Of a DNA stretch of 50,193 bases, positions 27,400-37,822 are shown piece by piece. Each line of letters opens with the position of its first letter. The stretch's first letter is position 1. The notes beneath the pieces were generated by a model. That model was not told where the DNA came from and made no database searches. It saw only the letters and a program-made list of their open reading frames with translations. Origin of the DNA: a virus (lineage: Duplodnaviria > Heunggongvirae > Uroviricota > Caudoviricetes). The stretch is taken from the IMG/VR virus record IMGVR_UViG_2585427746_000005, positions 1 through 50,193 of that record. One strand, given 5' to 3'. The position numbers and the translations under genes were made by a program.

Positions 27400-29862
27400 T
27401 CAATACCACTGCCGCCATTTGTCATCTTCCTGCAGTCGCTGGTTCCGGTAAAAAAGCCGCAGGCCAGCGCCAGATGGGATACTGCCACCTCGCAGAAGCA
27501 AATCGATCTCCCTGTCACCGCAGTCAAAGCCCCTGGACTGCAGCTCATACTCCAGCTGCAGACGCTGCTGATCGCTGATTTCCTGTTTATAGCCTCTTCG
27601 GCGCTTCGGTTTTACCAGCCGCAGACGGGTGTTTAACTCACGCAGTTCCTTTTTCCCCATTCCATGCAGGTATTCCTGCAGTGTTTGGTCATCCATGGTC
27701 GTTATATCAGGTGCAGCTGGCGCAGTTTTCGCCCCTGATTCGTTCAAATTTTCCACAAGGGGACAGTTATTGCCACGAGTCCAAGGGGCGCTAGCGCCCT
27801 GGTCGGCTGACGCCTCCTGCAGGTCAACGTCAACGGCCTTACGAACCATTTTCCATTTCACCGCGTGCGTACAAATCCGCCCTTCCTGAATAGGGGACCA
27901 GACGCCATAGATACGGATACCATGATCGCCATAAGTACTCGGCTCATCGTTCAGCTCGTAGGCTGTTCTGACCAGATGGTGTTTACGAGGGACCAGCACG
28001 CCGCCTTGCGCCATGACGTAAGTGGCAAAGCAACCGGCATCTGCCGCAGCCAGCACAGCATCAAGACGCGGATTGCCGATAACAGGCCGCGCATTTGCAA
28101 GGGCCACCAGAATCTCTGGCGTTAGTTCAGGTTTCCCCGGTACGGGTTTTAATGGCGGAAGGTCGCGTTTAGCCTGGCCCGCCAGCAGTCGCAGCTCACG
28201 GTAAGCCTGGCGGCCCGGAATACCGAAGAAGCGGAATTGCTGGACGCGATGCAGTGATGCCCAGGCGTTCACGTTCTCCGCGTTATCACGCAATGATTTG
28301 CCGGTTTCCTTGCTGACTTCATTAGCCAGGCCGCGCCCATCAATATTCTTACTGATGTATTTAGCGATGTAGCTGGTTGGCGTGCCTTTACGCGGATTGA
28401 TTAGCTCAGACTTAAAGCGCGGGCCGGTATTGTTTCCCAGCTCCTCGCGGTCCTCACGAATGGCAAACTTGCGCAGCAGCTCCGTGATCGCTTTGCGGTG
28501 TTTCTTGCGCATAAAGCACAGCAGGTGCCAGTGCACAGTGCCATCATGATGAGGCTCAGCGACTCGCACCCCGTACCAGCGCAGCCCGGCTTTATGCATG
28601 GCCTTACGGAATGCGGCGAACGTATCAACCAGATAATCACTGCTCTGTCGCACTGTAGCGCTGGTCCATTTCGGGTTTGGTCTGCCATTGTTGAGCGTGG
28701 CGTGGAAGCGTGACGGGCAAGTGATGGTATAAAACACGGCACAGTCGCCGCGCATTTCCGCGATAAGCTCCAGCCCTTTAACACAGGCCATCATTTCGTT
28801 ACGGCGGTGCGCCGGATTGCTGGCGCTGGCGTTTACCACATCCTCTAAATCCAGCGTGTCGCCCTGCTCATTGGTCAATTCGTGTGAGCGGAAAAACTCC
28901 AATGATTTACGGCGCTGTTCGCGCTTATGGATCACTGCTTCATAGCTGACATATGGCGACGCCTTTTTATTTACCAGGCACACTGCGCGCAGCTGCTCCT
29001 CGCGCCACTCACAGCGCATCTGCCATAATTTGCGATACCACCAATCCGCGCACAGCATACGCGCCAGCGAGCCGGGAATAAGCTCATAGGGCACAGGCTT
29101 GCGGCGGCGTTTCTTACGTCGCAAACGCTCAAACGCTGGCGGGATAACATCAAGGCGCATCGCTTCCGCTGCAACCAGTTCCCACGCCTGGCGGATTTCT
29201 TCCGGCTTCACTTCGTCAGTGGAATAGAGATCACCGCAGGCAGCTTCCAGACACATGCTCATATGAGCCGCAACCAGCGTGGACAGGCGTTTGACCTGAT
29301 CCTGATTCATTTCAGGCAGAACCAGCAGCCCTTCCAGCCCTTCATGGCTCGCCATGAATCGGAAAGAAGCAGACACCTGGCTATCACGCGCACGCGCCAG
29401 CCGTTCAAGGCATGGCCTGACGGTTTCACGCAGATAACGGGAATATGCCTGCGGACGGCCCAGACTATGGAAGTATTTAATACGCTCAAGCAGGGGTTTG
29501 CTGATGTGTGATGGCTCGGCGCTTACGTCTGCCAGAACCACCAGATCGGGATTGACTCGCTGCTGCTCGCGGGCCATTTTGGCGTGGCTGATCAGCCGGT
29601 CCTGCTCCATTTCACGCAGAACTGGATCACGGGCTTCGTTATAAAAATAGCGTTCCCAGACCTCATCACTCAGTTCCTCGCGACGCAGCCGGTCCTGCTC
29701 ATTGTCAGCGGCATACAAAGTGATCAGGTTTGAAAGCGCAGATACCGGCGCAACTTCCGCCGGGTCCGTGTATGGGTTAATCGCTTTTGGGGTTTTGTTC
29801 CAGGCAAAAGCAGCGGCGGCATCATGTACGCCGCCGTGGTTTTTAACATCGTGATCGCTCAC
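27400..29862 (-). CDS. Replication initiation endonuclease A (P2 gpA-like)
   Basis: 820-aa ORF with GTG start overlapping the Dam stop; size and position typical of P2 gpA. Confidence 0.85.
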   Translation of the reverse strand: MSDHDVKNHGGVHDAAAAFAWNKTPKAINPYTDPAEVAPVSALSNLITLYAADNEQDRLRREELSDEVWERYFYNEARDPVLREMEQDRLISHAKMAREQQRVNPDLVVLADVSAEPSHISKPLLERIKYFHSLGRPQAYSRYLRETVRPCLERLARARDSQVSASFRFMASHEGLEGLLVLPEMNQDQVKRLSTLVAAHMSMCLEAACGDLYSTDEVKPEEIRQAWELVAAEAMRLDVIPPAFERLRRKKRRRKPVPYELIPGSLARMLCADWWYRKLWQMRCEWREEQLRAVCLVNKKASPYVSYEAVIHKREQRRKSLEFFRSHELTNEQGDTLDLEDVVNASASNPAHRRNEMMACVKGLELIAEMRGDCAVFYTITCPSRFHATLNNGRPNPKWTSATVRQSSDYLVDTFAAFRKAMHKAGLRWYGVRVAEPHHDGTVHWHLLCFMRKKHRKAITELLRKFAIREDREELGNNTGPRFKSELINPRKGTPTSYIAKYISKNIDGRGLANEVSKETGKSLRDNAENVNAWASLHRVQQFRFFGIPGRQAYRELRLLAGQAKRDLPPLKPVPGKPELTPEILVALANARPVIGNPRLDAVLAAADAGCFATYVMAQGGVLVPRKHHLVRTAYELNDEPSTYGDHGIRIYGVWSPIQEGRICTHAVKWKMVRKAVDVDLQEASADQGASAPWTRGNNCPLVENLNESGAKTAPAAPDITTMDDQTLQEYLHGMGKKELRELNTRLRLVKPKRRRGYKQEISDQQRLQLEYELQSRGFDCGDREIDLLLRGGSIPSGAGLRLFYRNQRLQEDDKWRQWY

Positions 29863-30800
29863 GCTTGCGCCTCATCACTTATTTGATTCGCCGCGGCAGA
29901 GCCTAGATGGCAATAGTGCCATCCCTCAGGATGGCTAGTGCTTCGACCGTATCGTTCACAAACGATCCGAACCTCCTCGCCAGGGCCAGCAAGATCAACG
30001 CCATGCCAAAGAGGCGGTATCGACACTGCGATGATTTCAGCTGCAGATTTACCTTCTCCGGCAGCCACGCCCATGCTGCGTTTTGCATTGATGCAATTGC
30101 GGGTAAAGTTGCGATAAAGGGAGCGAGTCAGGGGCGTATCGCTATTGGACACGACGACCGGATGACCTTCTGATGTGCGACGTTCAAGAATAGACGCCAG
30201 ATGATACTGATCATCCTCGGTAAATCCGTCAGTGTGGTAAGTAGAAAATGCACCGTCATACGGAGGGTCGCAGTAGATAACATCCCCCGACTGCAGCATT
30301 GCCAATGTTTCCTCATAGCTGGCGCAAATGAAGGTGGCACGCTTTGCCTTTTCGGCAAATGCACGTATTTCATCAACGGGCAGATAAGGTTTTTTGTAAT
30401 TACCGTACGGGACGTTAAACAGGCCGCGCTGGTTATAACGGCATAACCCGCGATAACAATGGCGATTAAGGAAAAGAAAATAAGCCGCCTTGTCCATGTA
30501 ATCCAAAGGCGCAGTATTAAAATACTGTCGGCATTTATAATAGGCTTCTTCCGTTGTGAACTTAGAAAAAACTCGCTCAGCCAAGTGAATAAATCCGTTA
30601 ACATCATCTTTAATTGCTTGATACAGATTTATCAGATCAGGATTAACATCTGCGACAAGATAATGAGGATAGTCTGTCGCCATCATGACAGCGCACGAAC
30701 CCGCGAAAGGTTCAACAAGGCGCTGGCCTGCTGGCAGATGCTTTTTCAGCTCCGGCATGATGGCTGTTTTATTGCCAGCCCATTTCAGGATAGTGCTCAT
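29859..30800 (-). CDS. DNA adenine methyltransferase (Dam-like)
   Basis: [11 protein letters not shown]...LVEPFAGS...DPPY... matches N6-adenine MTase motifs I and IV. Confidence 0.9.
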   Translation of the reverse strand: MSTILKWAGNKTAIMPELKKHLPAGQRLVEPFAGSCAVMMATDYPHYLVADVNPDLINLYQAIKDDVNGFIHLAERVFSKFTTEEAYYKCRQYFNTAPLDYMDKAAYFLFLNRHCYRGLCRYNQRGLFNVPYGNYKKPYLPVDEIRAFAEKAKRATFICASYEETLAMLQSGDVIYCDPPYDGAFSTYHTDGFTEDDQYHLASILERRTSEGHPVVVSNSDTPLTRSLYRNFTRNCINAKRSMGVAAGEGKSAAEIIAVSIPPLWHGVDLAGPGEEVRIVCERYGRSTSHPEGWHYCHLGSAAANQISDEAQA

Positions 30801-31093
30801 TCAACACCCCCAACCGCTGCCATTGAAAGCGCCTGAATATCATTTTCGTCAAGTGGGGCAATAGACATCATCACCCAATTACCGCCAGCAGTGATCAAGC
30901 CCTCAAGCGGTAGTATGTGGGTAACTTTTACTACCAGTTTATTTCCCGAATATTCTCCAGCCCATTCACGCAATAACAGAAAATCACCGCGTTGATAATT
31001 ACGGTCATTAATTCGCAGCTCTGCTTTTTTCTCACCATTAGATACGGCATTAAAATAAAGCGGCCCAATCTTCAAACCATGAATGACGCTCAT
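30797..31093 (-). CDS. Small early protein (DUF3850/ASCH-like, tentative)
   Basis: 98-aa ORF with ATGA overlaps on both sides; family assignment from memory only. Confidence 0.5.
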   Translation of the reverse strand: MSVIHGLKIGPLYFNAVSNGEKKAELRINDRNYQRGDFLLLREWAGEYSGNKLVVKVTHILPLEGLITAGGNWVMMSIAPLDENDIQALSMAAVGGVE

Positions 31094-31365
31094 GCCGCAC
31101 CACCTTTTGAAATTGCGGTGCGTCTTACTTCAAATAAATGGCCCTCATCGCATTCATACGTTCCATGCTCTTGCAGCCACGCATCATGCCCGCACATATC
31201 GCAGATCATTACCTCTGGGACTGGCTGCTGGTCAGCATTGCGGCGCTGCTGCAGCTCTACTAATCCAGCCAGCAGGCGCTGATGGAACCCCTCCGCTTTC
31301 AGGCCCCAAATCAGTCGCGCTAATTCGCTATCAGTCAGAGGATTAATCAGTTTCTCGGTAGTCAT
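31090..31365 (-). CDS. Hypothetical early protein
   Basis: 91-aa ORF, overlapping stops/starts within the early operon. Confidence 0.55.
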   Translation of the reverse strand: MTTEKLINPLTDSELARLIWGLKAEGFHQRLLAGLVELQQRRNADQQPVPEVMICDMCGHDAWLQEHGTYECDEGHLFEVRRTAISKGGAA

Positions 31366-31589
31366 ACCGCACCCCCTACGTAATGCTTGCCTTTCAGCTC
31401 TGCAATTTCCTGGCAGGTTACGCAGAGATCACAGCCCGGAACTGCAGCGCGGCGTTCTGCGGGAATGACAATTCCGCAGCTCTCGCACTCAAGAGAAGAA
31501 GCCCCAGCCTTTCGGCTGCGGGCGTGGTGGATATGGCGCTGGCGTTCTTCTTCAACGCGCTGCTGTACAAGGTCCATAGAATCAGCCAT
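31362..31589 (-). CDS. TraR/DksA-family C4 zinc-finger protein
   Basis: CESCGIVIPAERRAAVPGCDLCVTCQ has the Cys4 spacing of phage TraR/DksA-like proteins. Confidence 0.7.
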   Translation of the reverse strand: MADSMDLVQQRVEEERQRHIHHARSRKAGASSLECESCGIVIPAERRAAVPGCDLCVTCQEIAELKGKHYVGGAV

Positions 31590-31822
31590 CAGTGGATCTC
31601 CTGCGCTTCGTTCTGGATGTTTTCAGCTGCGATACGCAGCAGCTCTGCCGCCTCAACATGGTTAAGCTGGCGGGAAGTAATACGGCTAGCCAGGCTATCG
31701 AGGCGGGCAGCCATTGCTGCAGCACGCGCTCGGCGTTCTTCCATACGCGCATCCGTCAGCAGCTGGTTAAGGCCAGCATCATCTGGGCCGCTTTTGGTGA
31801 ATCGGGTTTCAATATTTCGCAT
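31589..31822 (-). CDS. Hypothetical early protein
   Basis: 77-aa ORF in the early operon. Confidence 0.5.
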   Translation of the reverse strand: MRNIETRFTKSGPDDAGLNQLLTDARMEERRARAAAMAARLDSLASRITSRQLNHVEAAELLRIAAENIQNEAQEIH

Positions 31823-31889
31823 CGTTCGTTCTCCTGAATTTGGGCAAAGGAATGCCCGGCGGGTTTACGCCTTTAATTTTTGTGGTTGG

Positions 31890-32231
31890 TTAATTCGGCA
31901 TGGCTAGCCGAGTTGGAAATAAGCTCACCACTGTACGGAAATGGTTCATTGCTTTAATCAGCTCCCGCTTTTCGCCAGTCGTCAGCTCACTAACATTGAC
32001 GCTATGACGTTCCGCCGGGATTTTTGCCATAAAGAATATTGCGGCTAGTGCGCGTTTATTCTGCTCATGGTTAATATCCCGTTGGTCCCGCATATCGCTA
32101 ATAAAGCGCCCTAGTTCTGAATCAATATTTAAGCCAAACACTTTCGCCCTTAGTTCCGCGATGTGGTTTAACCCATTAAGGCGGAGGCCAGCGCTTAGCG
32201 GAACAGTCGCAGCATCGCCTTCAATAGCCAT
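31890..32231 (-). CDS. Hypothetical early protein
   Basis: Start moved to ATG (MAIEGDAATV...) with AGGGGA SD. Confidence 0.5.
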   Translation of the reverse strand: MAIEGDAATVPLSAGLRLNGLNHIAELRAKVFGLNIDSELGRFISDMRDQRDINHEQNKRALAAIFFMAKIPAERHSVNVSELTTGEKRELIKAMNHFRTVVSLFPTRLAMPN

Positions 32232-32402
32232 GGTTTCCCCTGTTTTGTGGTGGACAGGCCAGCCAGCAGCGCATCCTGCGAGCGGCATGGATGCCAGCGC
32301 TTACCATCCGTTCCAGAGATCCAGCCGTGACCGTAATGCGGGGCCGGGTTTTGCTTAACGAGTAGCGATGCAAAAGATGGTTCTTTAGTCAGCATAAGCA
32401 CC

Positions 32403-32912
32403 TCACAGCAGGCCGAACGACGCGCCAAGGCCCGTCATTGTATCAACGGCACTACCCATCGCCGGGCTGGACTGCAGGCGCGCCTGCATCGATACCGCGG
32501 TTAATGCCATCAGGCGAGTAACAGAGTTGATACTGTCGATAATCTGGCGGCGGCCTGCAGTCGTCAGTTGCTCACCGGAAACAGCACCGGCAGCGACGTG
32601 CCCAATCTCAGCCGTTGCTTTAAGGACGTACTGCGGCATTTTCTCTTTTGCCACTTCATTCAGCGGCACGCACGGCAGGCAATGGATTTGTGCCAGGAAA
32701 CCATCAACCAGCGTGGAGTCCTCAGTGATATCTGTCAGCCCCCAGATTTCCGGCGGGGTAAGCTGATGAGGCTGGTCCGGGTTCAGCTTGTTGCGCAGAG
32801 TCTGGACGTTCATTCCGGCGCTGGCTGCCAGCTTCGCCATGTTGTGACGCAGCGCGAAAGCGCGGCAGGCTTCGTCAAAGTGCGGATGTTTGGAAATCTT
32901 ATAATCAAACAT
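32403..32912 (-). CDS. CII-like lysogeny establishment regulator (186 CII-like)
   Basis: 169 aa, same length as 186 CII, with an HTH-like segment; position after apl. Confidence 0.65.
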   Translation of the reverse strand: MFDYKISKHPHFDEACRAFALRHNMAKLAASAGMNVQTLRNKLNPDQPHQLTPPEIWGLTDITEDSTLVDGFLAQIHCLPCVPLNEVAKEKMPQYVLKATAEIGHVAAGAVSGEQLTTAGRRQIIDSINSVTRLMALTAVSMQARLQSSPAMGSAVDTMTGLGASFGLL

Positions 32913-32944
32913 GTGAACTCCTTAAAAAGTTCTCATAATTGAAT

Positions 32945-33187
32945 TTATTGGCCAACAATGACGCGGAAGTTGGAATGACCGAGGGATTCGCGAACCTGGT
33001 CGGTTTTGTACATCAGGTAACGCAGGCTTACGCGACCTTTGTTTTTTTCTTTCTTGACCATGTACTTAGCAAGCTGACCATGGTGAATTTTCTGGTAAAC
33101 AGAGCCACGGGAGATACCTTCCCATTCAGCGAACTCTGCAGGCGTAGCCATCTCTTTTGGTACACGAATTGAAATATCAGTGCTCAT
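32945..33187 (-). CDS. Apl/Cox-like excisionase/transcriptional regulator
   Basis: 80-aa HTH protein (ATPAEFAEWEGISRGSVYQKI) divergent from cI, first gene of the lytic operon. Confidence 0.6.
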   Translation of the reverse strand: MSTDISIRVPKEMATPAEFAEWEGISRGSVYQKIHHGQLAKYMVKKEKNKGRVSLRYLMYKTDQVRESLGHSNFRVIVGQ

Positions 33188-33306
33188 AGTGCAATATCTC
33201 TCAGTTAAGGTTTGGTTTACGTCGTTTTATCTTGTTTTACTTGATTCAATAATTGATACATCGAGATACTACGATCCAATATTTGATACGTCAATAGGAT
33301 TGAAAA
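33188..33306. promoter_or_regulatory. Immunity switch region: face-to-face promoters and operator repeats
   Basis: Leftward TTGACG-17-TAGTAT promoter; repeated TTGATAC(A/G)TC motifs; palindrome TCAATAATTGA; between divergent apl and cI. Confidence 0.5.
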
Positions 33307-33939
33307 ATGATACAGGTGAAAGCTGGCGAGAATACCGGGGGAAGAGAGGCTATCCATAGGCTAATGGCTGCCTATGATTTCAAATCCAGACAACAGCTGT
33401 GCGATCACCTGGGCGCATCAAAAAGCACCATGGCAAACAGATACTTAAGAGATAGTTTTCCAGCGGAATGGGTGATTCAGTGTGCTTTGGAGACAGGGGT
33501 TTCTTTACTGTGGCTCACTACCGGACAGGGTGAGACAGGTTCAAACATTGACCATAAAAAAGGTATCAATTTCGTGAACTCTGGCAAAGTTAAACCCCTT
33601 TCTGAGCTTGTCTCCCCCGAAATTGATAAGGCAACTCTCAACGGTGGTTTATTGGTCGATGCTGGAAAAGCAATCATTGATAGCAGCCTGCTCCCCTCAG
33701 ACTCAAGCAACCTATTGCTGGTGAATACTTCTGGAGATTCTTACTTAGTGGACCGCAGCCAAACACCTCCAGTTAACGGTATGTGGTTGGTAGATATCGA
33801 CGGAATAAAAAGCATTGTTAAGTTAACACGGCTACCAGGAAACAGATTAGTGGTCCATCAAGACGAATCATCCTTTGAGTGCAGTCTTGATGATATCGAG
33901 GTAGTCGGACGCGCATTAAAAATAATTAAGAGCCTTTGA
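33307..33939 (+). CDS. CI immunity repressor (186 CI-like)
   Basis: CALETG..LLWLTTGQGE and LWLVDIDGIKSIVKLTRLPG align with 186 CI as recalled. Confidence 0.8.
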   Translation: MIQVKAGENTGGREAIHRLMAAYDFKSRQQLCDHLGASKSTMANRYLRDSFPAEWVIQCALETGVSLLWLTTGQGETGSNIDHKKGINFVNSGKVKPLSELVSPEIDKATLNGGLLVDAGKAIIDSSLLPSDSSNLLLVNTSGDSYLVDRSQTPPVNGMWLVDIDGIKSIVKLTRLPGNRLVVHQDESSFECSLDDIEVVGRALKIIKSL

Positions 33940-33940
33940 T

Positions 33941-34969
33941 ATGACCATCAGAAAGCAGCCAAACGGAAAATGGTTGTGTGAATGCTACCCGAACGGGCGA
34001 GACGGCAAGCGTGTGCGCAAACAATTTGCGACGAAAGGCGAGGCCATAGCATTCGAAAACTTCACCATGGATGAAGTAAACAAAAAGCCATGGCTTGGTG
34101 AGAAGGAAGATCGTCGGCGCTTGTCAGAAGTAATTGAGCAATGGCACTCACTCTACGGGCAGACGCTTGCAGATCCCAAACGCCTGATGGCGAAACTTAA
34201 AATTATCTGTAATGGTCTGGGCGATCCCATCGCTTCAGAGCTGACCGCCGGTGACTTTACGAAATACCGCGAAGCACGGTTAAAAGGTGAGGTGCGAAAT
34301 GAAGATGGCGCGCTTATGTCACCAGTTAAGCCTCGCACGGTAAACCTTGAACAACGCAACCTATCATCCGTGTTTGGCACACTGAAAAAGTTGGGCCACT
34401 GGTCAGCACCCAACCCACTCGCCGGTTTGCCAACATTTAAAATCGCAGAAGGTGAACTGGCGTTCCTGACACCGGAAGAAATTAAACGCCTGCTGGATGC
34501 CTGCGCTGATTCTCAAAGCCCCAGCCTGCTGATGATTGCAAAAATATGCCTGGCAACTGGTGCACGCTGGAGTGAAGCCGAAAATCTGCAGGGCCATCAG
34601 TTATCGAAATACCGGATCACCTATACCAAGACTAAGGGCAAGAAAAACCGTACCGTGCCGATATCTCAGGATCTGTATGATGAACTTCCCAAGAACAGAG
34701 GGAAGTTATTCACCCCGTGCAGAAAAGCTTTTGAGCGTGCAGTAAAACGGGCAGGTATTGAGCTGCCTGAAGGCCAATGCACTCACGTGCTGCGTCATAC
34801 GTTCGCCAGTTATTTTATGATGAATGGCGGAAACATACTGGTATTAAGAGATATTCTGGGCCATGCCGATATAAAAATGACGATGATTTATGCACATTTT
34901 GCACCTGATCATCTAGAGGATGCAGTAACAAAAAACCCTTTACATGGATTAAAATGGACCTCACCATGA
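33941..34969 (+). CDS. int: Tyrosine integrase (P2/186 Int-like)
   Basis: 342 aa with C-terminal ...HVLRHTFASYFMMNGG...LGHADIKMTMIYAHF (R..H..Y catalytic signature). Confidence 0.9.
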   Translation: MTIRKQPNGKWLCECYPNGRDGKRVRKQFATKGEAIAFENFTMDEVNKKPWLGEKEDRRRLSEVIEQWHSLYGQTLADPKRLMAKLKIICNGLGDPIASELTAGDFTKYREARLKGEVRNEDGALMSPVKPRTVNLEQRNLSSVFGTLKKLGHWSAPNPLAGLPTFKIAEGELAFLTPEEIKRLLDACADSQSPSLLMIAKICLATGARWSEAENLQGHQLSKYRITYTKTKGKKNRTVPISQDLYDELPKNRGKLFTPCRKAFERAVKRAGIELPEGQCTHVLRHTFASYFMMNGGNILVLRDILGHADIKMTMIYAHFAPDHLEDAVTKNPLHGLKWTSP

Positions 34970-35985
34970 TTCTAGAATTAATAACTAGCAATATAAAAAA
35001 ACCAGAAATCTCTATCTTATTAATAGCTCTGTATTTAATTTACTTATTTATAGAATATACAAAAAATAAAAATAACAGTTATTTTGAAATGACTGAGGAA
35101 AGACTAACAAAACAAAAACTATTCAAACAATCAATAAGAATACCTGTTATTTCATCTTTATATTTTGGTGTCTTCGCATGGGTGGGACACTCCCCTCAAT
35201 TTGATGCTACAGGATTTAAAAACTTCATTGAAATAAGCAAGTTGCCTATTGCTCTTCTGTCTCTTTCGATACCATTTGTAGCCATAGTTGCTAACATTCA
35301 CAGAACAATACAAACCGAGAATCAAATTAGAAAAACACAACAACAGATAGATTTAGTAACCGAGAAAAACCGCAGTGATGCTTACTACGCTCACCTAAAA
35401 AATTATTCTGATATATTTAAAACACTGCCATCATTTACCCTCTCTCGCCGTGACAATACAACCTTTGAAAAAGGTACTGTTAAATTATCTGTGGATCATA
35501 CATATTCATTATATAAAAAAATATTCACAAAATCCTCAATCTCTGCTGGATATAACAGCGAGGTTGATAAAAAATTCCTTAGACAACTAGAAAACATATA
35601 CACTAGCATCGGGAATGCAATAATAAGAAACAATGAAATTTACCCAAGTCAAGTGAGCATATCTAATTTAGAGAACATTGAAGCGCTAGTGGTATTTTTG
35701 TGTAGAGAACTAGGTGTCAATTATGAACGAGAAGTTAACAAATTCGATATATTTGACCCAATTTCAAATTTAGGAATAGAAACATCATTTTCAGATGAAA
35801 AAGAGATCAAAGAAATGCTACGAGGCTTAAGGGACATATTGATATCTCTTTACATGCTAATTGATCAAAATACAATTATTTTTCAAGGCAATGCCAATAG
35901 CGGCGATTTTTTAGCTAATTATGCTTACGACCCAGATAATTTGATTTTTAAAGATATCTTACCTATAGATTCTCAAGGTAAATAA
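34954..35985 (+). CDS. Cargo: predicted multi-pass membrane protein, function unknown
   Basis: 343-aa AT-rich ORF with three hydrophobic segments near the N-terminus; sits between int and attR. Confidence 0.65.
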   Translation: MDLTMILELITSNIKKPEISILLIALYLIYLFIEYTKNKNNSYFEMTEERLTKQKLFKQSIRIPVISSLYFGVFAWVGHSPQFDATGFKNFIEISKLPIALLSLSIPFVAIVANIHRTIQTENQIRKTQQQIDLVTEKNRSDAYYAHLKNYSDIFKTLPSFTLSRRDNTTFEKGTVKLSVDHTYSLYKKIFTKSSISAGYNSEVDKKFLRQLENIYTSIGNAIIRNNEIYPSQVSISNLENIEALVVFLCRELGVNYEREVNKFDIFDPISNLGIETSFSDEKEIKEMLRGLRDILISLYMLIDQNTIIFQGNANSGDFLANYAYDPDNLIFKDILPIDSQGK

Positions 35986-36099
35986 TTGGCGACACTTTGG
36001 CGGCAGAGCATTAAAAACGTATAAAACAGACAAACATCAGATAACACTAAGGCACTGATTTAAAACATAAACTACTGTTTTTATTATAGTAAAAATGGT

Positions 36100-36144
36100 A
36101 TGTAGGAATTTCGGACGCGGGTTCAACTCCCGCCAGCTCCACCA
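36100..36144. repeat. attR: displaced 45-bp copy of the ssrA 3' end
   Basis: Identical to 1016-1060; followed by a second integrase gene. Confidence 0.85.
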
Positions 36145-36180
36145 ATTTTTGATATATTGAAGTTCAGTGAAGTCTATCAA

Positions 36181-36212
36181 GCCCGCATGGAACCAGCCTT
36201 GCGGGCTTTTTT
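36181..36212 (+). terminator. Rho-independent terminator downstream of the displaced ssrA 3' end
   Basis: GCCCGCA ... TGCGGGC stem followed by TTTTTT. Confidence 0.55.
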
Positions 36213-36310
36213 ACGTCTATAGTAGTCTACCGAGAATTGCTAGAATCTACTCGTTATGGCACCCTTTTTGGGACCCAACACAAAGGGTCCAAAACATGAG
36301 GGTCCCAAAC

Positions 36311-37540
36311 ATGGCAAAAATCGCTAAGAAGCTCACTGACACTGAAATCAAAAGCACCAAACCTGCCGAGAAAGAGGTTAACCTTTTTGACGGCGATGGT
36401 TTGCTCCTGCGAATCGCCCCCTTAGCGAAGGGAGGAAAGAAAAATTGGTATTTCAGATATGCAGTGCCTGTGACCAAAAAGCGAACTAAGGTGAGCTTAG
36501 GAACCTATCCTCACCTTACACTTGCGAAGGCACGAGCTTTACGTGATGAGTACTTGTCGTTGCTTGCAAATGGTATAGACCCACAAGTTCATAACACCCA
36601 CAAAGCCAATGCCCTTAAGGATGCAACGGAACATACATTTCAAGCAGTAGCCAAGAAGTGGCTTGATGAGAAAGTCAAAACGTCAGGCATCTCCCAGGAT
36701 CATGCTAACGACATCTGGCGAAGCCTAGAGAGAAATATCTTTCCAACGTTGGGTGATACCCCCATTAAGGAGATTCGCCCTAAAATGCTTAAACAGCATT
36801 TAGACCCCATAGAAAAACGAGGTGTCCTTGAAACACTTCGCCGCGTCATATCCCGCCTGAATGAAATTTTCCGCTATGCAGCAACAGAAGAACTCATAGA
36901 ATTCAATCCGGCTGACAACCTGGGGCAACGGTTCAGCAAGCCAAAAAAACAGAATATGCCAGCATTACCCCCTTCCGAACTCCCCCGCTTCCTGGTTGCT
37001 CTAAACAATGCTTCTATCCGTTTAGAAACAAGGCTACTGATTGAGTGGCAACTTCTCACATGGGTTCGCCCTGGTGAAGCTGTTCGCACAAGATGGTCAG
37101 ATATTGATATAGAAACCAGCATGTGGAACATCCCGGCGGAGTTTATGAAAATGAAGAAGCCTCACAAAGTTCCACTGAGCAAAGAATCTTTGCGAGTCTT
37201 GGATTCAATGAAAGCCATCAGCGGGCATAGAGAGTGGGTTTTTCCCAGTATCAAAGCTCCACTCAATCACATGCATGAACAAACAGCTAATGCGGCTATA
37301 ATCCGTATGGGCTTCGGAGGTGAGCTTGTAGCTCATGGTATGCGATCAATCGCTAGAACGGCGGCTGAGGAGTGTGGCAAGTTTAGAACTGATGTCTTAG
37401 AAGCCGCCCTTGCCCACTCGAAAAAAGATGAAATAATTGCAGCCTACAATCGTGCAGAGTATCTCACAGAACGTGTGGTTCTCATGCAATGGTGGAGTGA
37501 CTATGTTTCGTCTCAAAAATACAAAGTTATTGCCGCATAA
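36311..37540 (+). CDS. P4-type tyrosine integrase (IntA-like)
   Basis: Start moved to ATG MAKIAKKLTDTEIKSTKP...; N-terminal arm-binding-like segment and C-terminal catalytic domain. Confidence 0.9.
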   Translation: MAKIAKKLTDTEIKSTKPAEKEVNLFDGDGLLLRIAPLAKGGKKNWYFRYAVPVTKKRTKVSLGTYPHLTLAKARALRDEYLSLLANGIDPQVHNTHKANALKDATEHTFQAVAKKWLDEKVKTSGISQDHANDIWRSLERNIFPTLGDTPIKEIRPKMLKQHLDPIEKRGVLETLRRVISRLNEIFRYAATEELIEFNPADNLGQRFSKPKKQNMPALPPSELPRFLVALNNASIRLETRLLIEWQLLTWVRPGEAVRTRWSDIDIETSMWNIPAEFMKMKKPHKVPLSKESLRVLDSMKAISGHREWVFPSIKAPLNHMHEQTANAAIIRMGFGGELVAHGMRSIARTAAEECGKFRTDVLEAALAHSKKDEIIAAYNRAEYLTERVVLMQWWSDYVSSQKYKVIAA

Positions 37541-37822
37541 CTCTTCCATGATGGGTTAACTATCTTGATTTATTTGAAGAATTAATGATCACACCATTAA
37601 CCTATGTGGACTAAGCATAGCCATTTACAAATGGGTACCTTGAGGCCACATAACGAAAGCTGTCGGTCATATCAGCTAAATAATTCACATCTCTTCTCGA
37701 TTATCATACACCTCGAAGAACTACCAAATTCGCTCTAATCAATGATAAAACAGTTGAATTCGGTTAAAATTTGATCAATTTTATCCTCTACATTGTATTG
37801 AATCATCCATGAGGTTTTGTGC

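Larger units (their letters stand above)
1016..36144. mobile_element. P2/186-family temperate prophage (Fels-2-like layout) integrated in the 3' end of ssrA
   Basis: Bounded by 45-bp direct repeats; complete P2-type gene order ogr-D-U-T-E-FII-FI ... V-S-R-lysis-X-L-M-N-O / P-Q-cos-A ... cII-apl-cI-int recognised from translations. Confidence 0.9.

Noticed and set aside
36100-36144. Second copy of the ssrA 3' end considered as a separate tRNA or tmRNA gene
   Set aside because: Only the last 45 nt are present with no 5' part, so it is an att duplication.
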